Under the pieces are notes generated by a model. It was given only the letters and a program-made list of their open reading frames with translations, was not told the DNA's origin and ran no database searches. From NCBI GenBank assembly GCA_036676415.1, contig JAKFCX010000013.1, forward strand, positions 7,361-71,360: a DNA stretch of 64,000 nt. The letters run 5' to 3'. Origin of the DNA: Chitinophagaceae bacterium. GTDB lineage: Bacteria > Bacteroidota > Bacteroidia > Chitinophagales > Chitinophagaceae. Each line of letters begins with the position of its first letter. The first letter of the stretch is position 1. Shown here piece by piece: positions 1-8,095 of the stretch. The position numbers and the translations under genes were made by a program.

Positions 1-36
1 ATCCTTATCTTAGCAGCCCAAAAATGTAGAAATCAC

Positions 37-1197
37 ATGGCAAGTACAACCGTATTGATTGTTGATGATGAAAAAGCAATAAGAAATGTACTGAAGGATA
101 TACTTTCTGTGGAAGGATATAAAGTAGAAGAAGCCTCAGATGGTGAAGAGGGATTGAAAAAGATCACGAATGTTGACGTGGTGCTATGTGATATAAAAAT
201 GCCGAAGGTTGATGGCATCGAATTTCTCGAGAAAGCATTAGAAATAAATCCTGAACTGCCCATCATTATGATCAGCGGTCATGGCAATATAGATACCGCT
301 GTCGAGGCAGTTAAGAAAGGTGCTTTTGATTATATATCCAAGCCACCGGACCTCAATCGGTTACTCATCACCATCAGGAATGCAACTGACAGGAACAAGC
401 TTTCCAAAGAAACGAAGGTGCTCAAGCGTAAGGTGAAGAAAGTAGAAGAGATGGTAGGTCAGAGTGAAGGCATTCTCAAGATCAGGGAAACGATAGACAA
501 AGTAGCTCCAACAGAAGCAAGAGTATTGGTAACGGGAGAAAATGGTAGCGGTAAAGAATTAGTGGCAAGATGGCTGCATTATAAAAGTAACAGGGCCGAA
601 GGTCCTATTGTAGAAGTGAACTGTGCAGCAATTCCAAGTGAACTGATCGAAAGCGAATTGTTTGGTCATGAAAAAGGTTCGTTCACTTCTGCTATCAAAC
701 AACGTATAGGTAAGTTCGAGCAAGCCAATGGCGGTACATTGTTCCTGGATGAAATAGGAGACATGAGCCTTGATGCACAGGCAAAAGTACTCAGGGCTTT
801 GCAGGAAGGAAAGATCACAAGGGTAGGTGGCGATAAAGAAATCTCAGTAGATGTAAGAGTAATTGCCGCTACTAATAAAGACCTGATGAAGGAGGTGGAT
901 GCAAAAGCTTTTCGGCTTGACCTCTACCATCGTTTGGGTGTTATCCTCATCCGTGTTCCTTCACTCAACGAAAGAAGAGATGATATTCCATTACTCGTAG
1001 ATAAATTTCTTACAGACATAGCCGACGAATACGGCCAGGCAAAAAAAGCAATTGATGAAAAAGCAATTGATGCGTTGCAGCAACACAACTGGACCGGCAA
1101 CATTCGAGAATTAAGAAACGTGGTGGAAAGGTTAGTGATCCTTTCAGGAAAAACGATCACGGCGGATGATGTGAGCAGCTATGTATTACCGAAGTAA
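37..1197 (+). CDS. sigma-54-dependent response regulator (receiver + AAA+ domain), without C-terminal HTH
   Basis: 386 aa. Receiver domain (VLIVDDE, phospho-acceptor context VVLCDIKMPKVDG, KP near its end). AAA+ sigma54-interaction domain has Walker A GENGSGKE, Walker B TLFLDEIGD and loop ELFGHEKGSFTSA (a GAFTGA variant). The protein ends about 25 aa after NIRELRNVVERL, so there is no room for a Fis-type HTH. Confidence 0.9.
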   Translation: MASTTVLIVDDEKAIRNVLKDILSVEGYKVEEASDGEEGLKKITNVDVVLCDIKMPKVDGIEFLEKALEINPELPIIMISGHGNIDTAVEAVKKGAFDYISKPPDLNRLLITIRNATDRNKLSKETKVLKRKVKKVEEMVGQSEGILKIRETIDKVAPTEARVLVTGENGSGKELVARWLHYKSNRAEGPIVEVNCAAIPSELIESELFGHEKGSFTSAIKQRIGKFEQANGGTLFLDEIGDMSLDAQAKVLRALQEGKITRVGGDKEISVDVRVIAATNKDLMKEVDAKAFRLDLYHRLGVILIRVPSLNERRDDIPLLVDKFLTDIADEYGQAKKAIDEKAIDALQQHNWTGNIRELRNVVERLVILSGKTITADDVSSYVLPK

Positions 1198-1249
1198 ATG
1201 AACCGCAAAGACGCTATGGCGCAAAGAACTCATAACGGTTTTTGCGGTT
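1198..1249. repeat. Intergenic repeat family B, copy 1 (TGAACCGCAAAGACGCTATGGCGCAAAGA ... TTTGCGGTT)
   Basis: Starts directly after the TAA stop at 1195-1197. AACCGCAAA (1201-1209) is the exact reverse complement of TTTGCGGTT (1241-1249). The first 29 nt match copy 2 at 27/29 positions. Confidence 0.7.
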
Positions 1250-1302
1250 ATTCCTATTTTCCTCATCTCGCTGATGATGTTACAGGGTTTATAATGAAGT
1301 AC

Positions 1303-1360
1303 GTGAACCGCAAAGACGCTATGTCGCGAAGATTCATTGCGTCTTTGTGTCTTAGCGGTT
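1303..1360. repeat. Intergenic repeat family B, copy 2
   Basis: GTGAACCGCAAAGACGCTATGTCGCGAAGA ... GCGTCTTTGTGTCTTAGCGGTT. AAAGACGC (1313-1320) pairs with GCGTCTTT (1339-1346), and AACCGC pairs with GCGGTT. It is a direct repeat of copy 1, 105 nt downstream. Confidence 0.7.
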
Positions 1361-1471
1361 AATATTTCTCTTTCCTCCTCTGTCTTTTTCTCTTAGCCTT
1401 ATATTAACATCTCTTTACCTGTAATAAAACCCCCTCTTTCTCTACTAACCAGCAACAAAGAGCATTTCCCC

Positions 1472-1479
1472 TATTTTTG
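1472..1479 (+). promoter_or_regulatory. Bacteroidota -7 box TATTTTTG (TAnnTTTG) upstream of lepB
   Basis: Exact match to TAnnTTTG, 19 nt before the ATG at 1499. Motif-only evidence. Confidence 0.45.
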
Positions 1480-1498
1480 CTCACTTTAATTAACCATT

Positions 1499-3022
1499 AT
1501 GGGTTGGATCATTTTTATTCTCTGGATCGTTGGATGGCACATAGGCTTATATGGCATGTTCAAAAAAGCAGGCATTGCCCCATGGAAAGCATTAATTCCA
1601 TTTTACAACACCTGGATCATGGTGGAACTTTGCCATATCAAAAAACTATGGTTCTGGTTACAATTCATTCCAATTGCAGGACAATTTATCACCATCTGGA
1701 TATCCCTCATCTGGGTAATGCATTTTGGTAAGTTCGATCTCATATCTCATACATTAACAGTATTCTTTCCTTATATCTATTTCCCTTATCTCGGTTTCAA
1801 TAAAACAGATAGATGGAAAGGTCACGAGATATTTAAGCTCTATAAAAAACCTGCATCCAGAGAATGGATAGATGCTGCTGTTTTTGCAATAGTTGCAGCA
1901 ACCCTCATACGAACGTTCATATTTGAAGCTTACACCATTCCAACACCAAGTATGGAACGAACTTTACTGGTCAATGATTTTCTTTTCGTGAACAAGATGA
2001 GTTATGGTGCAAGGATACCGCAAACACCTTTGAGTTTTCCTTTTGTTCATAATGCATTACCATTTACAACAACAACTCCTTCTTATTTAAAATGGATACA
2101 AATCGATTACAAGCGTATCCAGGGATTTGGTAATGTTAAACGCAACGACGTAGTAGTATTTAATTTCCCTGCAGGCGATACCATTATTAACCTTGCAAGC
2201 TTCGGTTCTAAAATTCCTTATTATGATGTACTAAGAGAACAATACAACGGTAACAGGGAACAGTTAAAAGCGGATTATCCGTTACATGTTCATCCGATGG
2301 ATAAGACAGACAACTACATCAAAAGATGTGTAGGTGTTGCAGGTGATAAAATACAGGTGATAAAAGGTGTGTTGTATGTAAATGACAAACCTGCTGAAGT
2401 ACCGCAAGGTCAGCAGACAGATTATGTGGTGCAGACGAAAGGTATGTTTGATGAAGAATATCTTACCGATGAACTTGGATTTAAATTCGTGCAGAATGAG
2501 CAGGGACAAATGGTAGAGTTGAACAGTGATCTTGGTTTGATAAAAGAGAACACTTACATTATGAATCTTACAGCAGAGAGCCTGCAAAAAGTAAGAAAGC
2601 ATCCGATGTATATCTCAGATTCTATGTACACAGAAACAGAACCGGATGCCAAGATGTTTCCGCATGATACTTTGTATAAATGGAATGCCGACAATTATGG
2701 TCCATTACAAATTCCTGGGAAAGGACAAACAGTTACTTTAACAGCTCAGAACATTGGTTTCTATCGCCGTATCATCACAACTTACGAGCATAACGAGTTG
2801 ACAGAAGCAAATGGTGGTTTCACGATCAATGGAAAAGCTACCAGCAACTACACTTTTAAATATGATTATTACTGGATGATGGGAGATAATCGTCATCGTA
2901 GCCAGGATAGCCGCTTCTGGGGTTTTGTTCCAGAAACACACGTGGTCGGTAAAGCATCACTTATATGGTTCAGCTGGGATGGTGGTCCAAGATGGAACAG
3001 GTTATTCAAAGGCATTAAATAA
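1499..3022 (+). CDS. lepB: signal peptidase I with an N-terminal DUF5684-like 3-TM module
   Basis: 507 aa. The N-terminal ~100 aa are hydrophobic and contain FKKAGIAPWKALIPFYN. S26 boxes follow: PTPSMERTL (catalytic Ser), YIKRCVGVAGD (catalytic Lys) and GDNRHRSQDSRFWGFVP. Confidence 0.9.
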   Translation: MGWIIFILWIVGWHIGLYGMFKKAGIAPWKALIPFYNTWIMVELCHIKKLWFWLQFIPIAGQFITIWISLIWVMHFGKFDLISHTLTVFFPYIYFPYLGFNKTDRWKGHEIFKLYKKPASREWIDAAVFAIVAATLIRTFIFEAYTIPTPSMERTLLVNDFLFVNKMSYGARIPQTPLSFPFVHNALPFTTTTPSYLKWIQIDYKRIQGFGNVKRNDVVVFNFPAGDTIINLASFGSKIPYYDVLREQYNGNREQLKADYPLHVHPMDKTDNYIKRCVGVAGDKIQVIKGVLYVNDKPAEVPQGQQTDYVVQTKGMFDEEYLTDELGFKFVQNEQGQMVELNSDLGLIKENTYIMNLTAESLQKVRKHPMYISDSMYTETEPDAKMFPHDTLYKWNADNYGPLQIPGKGQTVTLTAQNIGFYRRIITTYEHNELTEANGGFTINGKATSNYTFKYDYYWMMGDNRHRSQDSRFWGFVPETHVVGKASLIWFSWDGGPRWNRLFKGIK

Positions 3023-3038
3023 AATCTTATCTTAGTCA

Positions 3039-3064
3039 ATCCTCACCACGGTGAGGATTTTTTA
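3039..3064 (+). terminator. intrinsic terminator after lepB
   Basis: ATCCTCAC-CACG-GTGAGGAT hairpin followed by a T6 run. Confidence 0.8.
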
Positions 3065-3076
3065 TCAAACACATCT

Positions 3077-3559
3077 ATGACTGAGAAATATAGTTTTGAA
3101 TACCAGGTGTACGATTCTATCAATGATCTGGATGATCAGGATAGAGAATTGCTGCAGCTTGCCAAAGATTTTACTTCAACAGCCTATGCACCTTATTCAA
3201 ATTTCAATGTAGCTGCTGTTGCAAAGCTTTCCAACGGACAAATCATAAAAGGCACCAACCAGGAAAATGCAAGTTACCCGGTAGGTACCTGTGCAGAAAG
3301 AGCCTTGCTTGGTTCGCTTGGTGCATTGTATCCAAATGAGCCGATAGAAACAATGGCGATCACCTATCATAATCTCAAAGGTGACAGTAATAATCCTGCA
3401 TCACCTTGTGGCATGTGCCGACAAGCTTTAAGAGAATACGAAACGAGAACACATCACCCAATACGACTTATTCTTGCAGGCAAAGAAGGTAAGATATTCA
3501 TTATACCGGAAGCCAATATGTTATTGCCATTGGGTTTTACAAGTGATGATTTGAAATAA
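3077..3559 (+). CDS. cdd: cytidine deaminase
   Basis: 160 aa. Zinc-binding motifs CAERALL and PCGMCRQ. Confidence 0.9.
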   Translation: MTEKYSFEYQVYDSINDLDDQDRELLQLAKDFTSTAYAPYSNFNVAAVAKLSNGQIIKGTNQENASYPVGTCAERALLGSLGALYPNEPIETMAITYHNLKGDSNNPASPCGMCRQALREYETRTHHPIRLILAGKEGKIFIIPEANMLLPLGFTSDDLK

Positions 3560-3672
3560 TTTTTCCAGCTACATTTACATAGTATCAAACTTTGTGCTTC
3601 TTTGTGTCTCCGTGTTTTTGTGGTTCCCTTATCAGGTTAATTTGTGTAAATTTCATCTTAAACACAGTGCTC

Positions 3673-6450
3673 ATGAAACAAGCAAAGCTCTTGATGATTT
3701 TTATTTTTCTTTCATCACTAGTAAGATCCCAGAATTTTGGAGGCAATCCACCAGCTAAATGGGCAGAGGTAAATACTGATACGGTAAGAGTGATTTTCCC
3801 AATAGGGCTTGATAGTATTGCTCAACGTGTGGCAACATTGGCTCATCACCTGCAAAGAGATACAATTTATAAACGTCGTTATAAAAAGATCAGCATTGTT
3901 TTGCAGAATAATGCAACGATTTCCAATGCTTATGTATCACTCGCTCCTTACAGAAGTGAGTTTTATTTAACACCCCCACAAAATGCATTTGAGTTAGGAA
4001 GTTTAAGCTGGGCAGATAATCTTATTGTACATGAGTGGCGACATGTGCAGCAATACAATTATTTTAACCGTGGCCTGGCATCTGTTGCAGGTGGCATTCT
4101 TGGTGAGGAAGGAAGAGCTTTATTCAATGCACTTGCAGTGCCTGACTGGTTTTTTGAAGGTGATGCGGTTTGGGGTGAAACCAAATATACAAAACAGGGT
4201 AGAGGAAGACTGCCCTTAGCTTTTAGTGGCTACAAAAGTCTGTTGCTTGCTAACAAGGATTATTCCTACATGAAATTAAGGAATGGTTCTTTGAAAGATA
4301 TGGTGCCGAATCATTACGATCTTGGTTATTTACTCGTGGCTTATGGAGCTGAGAAATACGGAGATGATTTCTGGGCGAAAGTTACTGCCGATGCTGCTGC
4401 TTTTAAACCATTGATCTATCCTTTACAGGGTGCAGTGAAGAAACATGCAGGCATATCATATAAACAATTTGTGAACGATGCCTTTGCTTATTATGAGAAT
4501 CAGTGGAAGAATGAAGATAAAGGCTCTGTCATCAACTGGTTGAGCAAAGAAAATAATTACCGGACCGATTATCTCTTTCCTTATGCTGATGGGCAGGGAA
4601 ATATTATTACATTAAAGCAAAGCTCGAAAAGCAATCCAGCCTTTGTAAGAATTTCAAATAACGGTAAAGAAGATCGTATTGCCGCACAGGATATCACATT
4701 AGATCGATACTTCTCCTATCGTAATGGAAGAATTGTATATGCCGTTTATAATCCTGATGCACGATGGACCAACAGGGAATACAGCAATATCGTTTTGCTG
4801 GATATAAATACTGGTGCAAGAAAAAAGATCACTACACGCTCAAAATATTTCTCACCCGATGTTTCTGCTGATGGAAAGAGAATCGTTGCAGTTCAAATGC
4901 AACCATCCGGCAAATCAAATCTCGTGGTGCTGGATGAAAATGGGGAAGAGGCCAGGTTAATTGAATTGCAAGCTGGCGAAGTATTCAGTCAGCCAAAGTT
5001 TTCTGCTGATGATAATTCAGTGTTTGCTGTGGTAAGAAATGGGAAAGGATTGATGAGCCTTGTAAAATATAACTTGAGAAAAGATCTTGTGGCGAAAACA
5101 ATTGTCCCATTTGGCAATCATGTGATCGGTTTTCCGGTTGTGAATGGAGATACTGTTACGTTTACCGCATCAACAAAAAACAGGGATGATGTGTATGCAT
5201 GGGTGGAGACAAATGATAAACTATATCACATTGCTTCCTGGCCTTCCGGATTGTACCAGTCATCTTTAGTGAATAACCAATTAGTGAGTTCGGCATTTAC
5301 AGCATCAGGGTACCGTTTAGGCAATGTAACAACGAATTGGAAGGAAGTACAGGCACCTCCTGCTGTAACTGATCTTTATGTTGATAAAGCATTAGACAGT
5401 AAAACCGATATTACTGCAGTACAATCTCAGCGGTTTTCGTTCAGGCAGTACAGTAAACTTTCACACCCGTTCAATTTTCATAGCTGGAGACCTTATTATG
5501 ATCCACCCGAATATTCATTTACAGTGTATGGTCAGAATGTGTTGTATACAATTGCCACAGAGTTAGCTTATACCTATAATGAAAATGAAAATAGTCATAG
5601 TGCCTCCGGAAATCTTATATATGGCGGTACGTTGATTCAACCTTTTGTAGGATTAAATCATACCTGGAACAGGTCTTTAACATTAGCACCTGATACAACA
5701 GCCCAATGGAATGAATTTGAATGGATCGCAGGACTTCAATTGCCTCTTGAACTTACGGGTGGTAAAATGTATCGCTTCCTGAACTTATCTGCCAGCTATC
5801 ATTCAAGCGATATCAATTTCACCGGGGCGAACAAGAATTTATTTAATGCAACGGATGTAAGATATGTACAGGGAAGAATGACCTTTACCAGCCAGATACA
5901 AAAAGCAGCTCAGCACATCTTTCCAAAATTTGCATTCACCAGTTTACTGCAAATGAGAACATCAACAAATGTTCATGCAAGACAATTTTTAGCATCAGGT
6001 AGTGTGTACTTACCTGGATTTTTTAAAACACACAGCATAGTTGTGTCTGCAGCCTACCAGGGAAGAGATACGATGAGACGCTACGGATTCACGAACAACT
6101 TTTCTTTTTCAAGAGGCTACGATGGTGGAGTAGATTTTCCAAGGATGTGGAAGATCGGCGGTAACTATCATTTTCCTTTATTGCATCCGGATTGGGGCTT
6201 TGCCAACCTGGTGTATTTTCAACGGATCAGGGCCAATGCCTTCACTGATCTGACCCAGGTAAAAAGCTTAAGAACCGGTGCTGTTTTCGATTTCCAGACA
6301 GTGGGAGGAGAAGTTTTTTTTGATACAAAATGGTGGAATCAGCAACCCGTAACATTCGGAATAAGATATAGCAGGCTGCAGAATGGTGGTTTGATTGGAC
6401 TTGCGCCCAACCAGTGGGAGATCATATTACCTGTTGATCTAATTCGATAG
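3673..6450 (+). CDS. large secreted protein: HExxH motif + PD40/TolB-like repeats + possible C-terminal beta-barrel
   Basis: 925 aa from the ATG at 3673 (signal peptide MKQAKLLMIFIFLSSLVRSQ; the ORF-track start at 3592 adds an implausible Cys-rich extension). Contains HEWRH, a PD40-like YFSPDVSADGKRIVAV, and a C-terminal ~350 aa of alternating aromatic/hydrophobic strands. Confidence 0.75.
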   Translation: MKQAKLLMIFIFLSSLVRSQNFGGNPPAKWAEVNTDTVRVIFPIGLDSIAQRVATLAHHLQRDTIYKRRYKKISIVLQNNATISNAYVSLAPYRSEFYLTPPQNAFELGSLSWADNLIVHEWRHVQQYNYFNRGLASVAGGILGEEGRALFNALAVPDWFFEGDAVWGETKYTKQGRGRLPLAFSGYKSLLLANKDYSYMKLRNGSLKDMVPNHYDLGYLLVAYGAEKYGDDFWAKVTADAAAFKPLIYPLQGAVKKHAGISYKQFVNDAFAYYENQWKNEDKGSVINWLSKENNYRTDYLFPYADGQGNIITLKQSSKSNPAFVRISNNGKEDRIAAQDITLDRYFSYRNGRIVYAVYNPDARWTNREYSNIVLLDINTGARKKITTRSKYFSPDVSADGKRIVAVQMQPSGKSNLVVLDENGEEARLIELQAGEVFSQPKFSADDNSVFAVVRNGKGLMSLVKYNLRKDLVAKTIVPFGNHVIGFPVVNGDTVTFTASTKNRDDVYAWVETNDKLYHIASWPSGLYQSSLVNNQLVSSAFTASGYRLGNVTTNWKEVQAPPAVTDLYVDKALDSKTDITAVQSQRFSFRQYSKLSHPFNFHSWRPYYDPPEYSFTVYGQNVLYTIATELAYTYNENENSHSASGNLIYGGTLIQPFVGLNHTWNRSLTLAPDTTAQWNEFEWIAGLQLPLELTGGKMYRFLNLSASYHSSDINFTGANKNLFNATDVRYVQGRMTFTSQIQKAAQHIFPKFAFTSLLQMRTSTNVHARQFLASGSVYLPGFFKTHSIVVSAAYQGRDTMRRYGFTNNFSFSRGYDGGVDFPRMWKIGGNYHFPLLHPDWGFANLVYFQRIRANAFTDLTQVKSLRTGAVFDFQTVGGEVFFDTKWWNQQPVTFGIRYSRLQNGGLIGLAPNQWEIILPVDLIR

Positions 6451-6475
6451 TCTGACTGTTCAGAAATGATATTCA

Positions 6476-6495
6476 GTACAAGAGTGCGACGCAAG
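6476..6495 (+). repeat. Family A element (GTACAAGAGTGCGACGCAAG), single copy
   Basis: Exact 20-mer, also present at 46746-46765. Lies 26 nt after the stop at 6450. Confidence 0.8.
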
Positions 6496-6578
6496 AGAGG
6501 ATGCTATGAAAAGCATCAAGCTGGTATCACCATTCTTAAATTGTTAAAAAAATGCAGCCAACTTATTGCCGAGAGACT

Positions 6579-6586
6579 TATTTTTG
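6579..6586 (+). promoter_or_regulatory. -7 box TATTTTTG upstream of a small membrane-protein ORF
   Basis: TAnnTTTG match, 17 nt before the ATG at 6604. Confidence 0.4.
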
Positions 6587-6603
6587 CGACTGAATTTCAA
6601 GCT

Positions 6604-6816
6604 ATGGCACACGAAGTCCACGATTTTGACAATCCACAGGAAAAAGATATCAGGCACAACTGGGTAAATTCTTCAAGATTTTTGTTTTACCTGCAGGTGT
6701 TTTGCATCATTGCTTTTATTTTAGGTGGATGTTACAGGTTGTATAACAATCGTTACCACGGTACACCGAAAGTGGAAATACCGGATAACACGCTATCTAC
6801 TCCAAAGTATAAGTAA
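6604..6816 (+). CDS. small single-pass membrane protein (hypothetical)
   Basis: 70 aa from the ATG at 6604 (MAHEVHDFDN...), with one hydrophobic helix (FLFYLQVFCIIAFILGGCY) and its own -7 box. The longer ORF-track start at 6466 would translate through repeat A1. Confidence 0.5.
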   Translation: MAHEVHDFDNPQEKDIRHNWVNSSRFLFYLQVFCIIAFILGGCYRLYNNRYHGTPKVEIPDNTLSTPKYK

Positions 6817-6854
6817 AAAGTGCTGTAAAAATTTTGCAGTAATTATTTGCACCC

Positions 6855-6862
6855 TATATTTG
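6855..6862 (+). promoter_or_regulatory. -7 box TATATTTG upstream of tRNA-Gly
   Basis: TAnnTTTG match, 21 nt before the mature tRNA 5' end. Confidence 0.5.
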
Positions 6863-6883
6863 CAGCCCATTAGTTCTTTATAA

Positions 6884-6956
<73 letters not shown>

Positions 6957-6967
6957 CTTTGAAAACT

Positions 6968-6992
6968 ATCCCGCAACAGCGGGATTTTTTTT
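6968..6992 (+). terminator. intrinsic terminator between tRNA-Gly and tRNA-Leu
   Basis: ATCCCGC-AACA-GCGGGAT hairpin followed by T8. Confidence 0.75.
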
Positions 6993-7020
6993 CAGAACGA
7001 TTCCGATTTATCGGGAAGGA

Positions 7021-7106
7021 GCCCTGGTGGTGAAATTGGTAGACACGCAGGACTTAAAATCCTGTTTGCAGCAATGCAAGTAACGGTTCAAGTCCGTTCC
7101 GGGGCA
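7021..7106 (+). tRNA. tRNA-Leu (anticodon UAA), long variable arm
   Basis: Acceptor GCCCTGG/CCGGGGC (one G-U pair), anticodon loop CTTAAAA, variable arm TTGCA-GCAA-TGCAA, T arm AACGG-TTCAAGT-CCGTT, discriminator A. Confidence 0.9.
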
Positions 7107-7107
7107 C

Positions 7108-7137
7108 AAAAAAAGCGACAGAGATGTCGCTTTTTTT
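7108..7137. terminator. bidirectional terminator (tRNA-Leu and the convergent gene 7154-7996)
   Basis: A-run, then AGCGACA-GAGA-TGTCGCT, then T7. Confidence 0.8.
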
Positions 7138-7153
7138 ATTTTAATCAGTTTGG

Positions 7154-7996
7154 TTATTTGGAATAAGCATATTCTATTCTTCCTACCAATCTTCTTTGCT
7201 TGTCGTAAGCAACTTCTTTAATCTTCAAGCCATTCTCATTGTAAGTGCATTGCCATAATAAATAAGTAGCTGTGCCCTGCAAGGTCTGCATCATCTGGCT
7301 AACTCTACCATTCGCATCGTATTCAAAAATAAAGTCTGGCAATAATTTCTTACTCTTTGAATGGTAACGAACCACGTCGGTTAATTGCTTCTTATCATTA
7401 TAATAATAGAAATAGGTTTCCAGCAAACGGTTCTTTTGCATCCATCTTTCTTCAGCCAGGTTATCTTTTTCATCATACAAAAATTCCACCTTCACCGTAT
7501 CTACTCTATTCTTGATCTTCAGCATATGATCCGGCGATCCATTTGATTTGTAGAACCACTGGTGAACTTCAATGGTACTGCCTGAATGTTCAGGATCGAT
7601 GCTTTGGGTAGTAATCTTAGATAATTTTCCGTCAGTATTATATTCGTACTCTGTAATGTTAGATACACTACTTAAACTGTCTGAGGTTCTCCTCAGCTTA
7701 TCATTTTCAAAATGGCTTACCGTAACAGTTGTAATATTTGCAGGAGAAGTAGTGGTAGTGATCAATCTTTTTCTATCCCTGGTCAGTTCTTGTTGTAGCT
7801 TGAAATTTGGAGTCTGGCTGTTATCCGATTCAAAGCTGATTCCCCTGACCTGGTTTTGGTTGGTCGATTTCAACAATAGGTAATTTGCATTACTCTGTTG
7901 TGTTGAAATAATATCATTGTAATAATGTTGAGTAAAACCGGTAAAAAAGAATAGCAGCAAAACCGGTAATGCAAACACTTTTTTCATCAGGGACAT
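7154..7996 (-). CDS. hypothetical secreted protein with YD-like repeats
   Basis: Signal peptide MKKVFALPVLLLFFFTGFTQ. Repeated Y.YD..G/Y.YN..G-type motifs (YEYNTDGKLSKI, FEYDANGRVSQM, YNENGLKIKEV). In-frame starts exist at 8005 (TTG), 8002, 7996 and 7987. I chose 7996 because a -7 box occupies 8003-8010. Confidence 0.6.
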   Translation of the reverse strand: MSLMKKVFALPVLLLFFFTGFTQHYYNDIISTQQSNANYLLLKSTNQNQVRGISFESDNSQTPNFKLQQELTRDRKRLITTTTSPANITTVTVSHFENDKLRRTSDSLSSVSNITEYEYNTDGKLSKITTQSIDPEHSGSTIEVHQWFYKSNGSPDHMLKIKNRVDTVKVEFLYDEKDNLAEERWMQKNRLLETYFYYYNDKKQLTDVVRYHSKSKKLLPDFIFEYDANGRVSQMMQTLQGTATYLLWQCTYNENGLKIKEVAYDKQRRLVGRIEYAYSK

Positions 7997-8002
7997 TTTC
8001 AT

Positions 8003-8010
8003 CAAAAGTA
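8003..8010 (-). promoter_or_regulatory. -7 box TACTTTTG (minus strand)
   Basis: Reverse complement of CAAAAGTA. It abuts the ATG at 8002 and lies 6 nt before the ATG at 7996. Confidence 0.4.
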
Positions 8011-8095
8011 ATCTTACCGCAGGCAGTTATCAAAAACTGCTTGTTAACAAACTTGACTCTTCCCATTAGTTCTGTATTTTTATTCAAACGTTAAC

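Noticed and set aside
3592-3672. Longer start for the 952-aa ORF (MCFFVSPCFCGS...)
   Set aside because: The Cys/Phe-rich extension precedes a textbook signal peptide that starts at the ATG at 3673.
6466-6603. N-terminal extension of ORF 6466..6816
   Set aside because: It would translate through repeat element A1, and it lies upstream of a good -7 box (6579-6586) that precedes the internal ATG at 6604.
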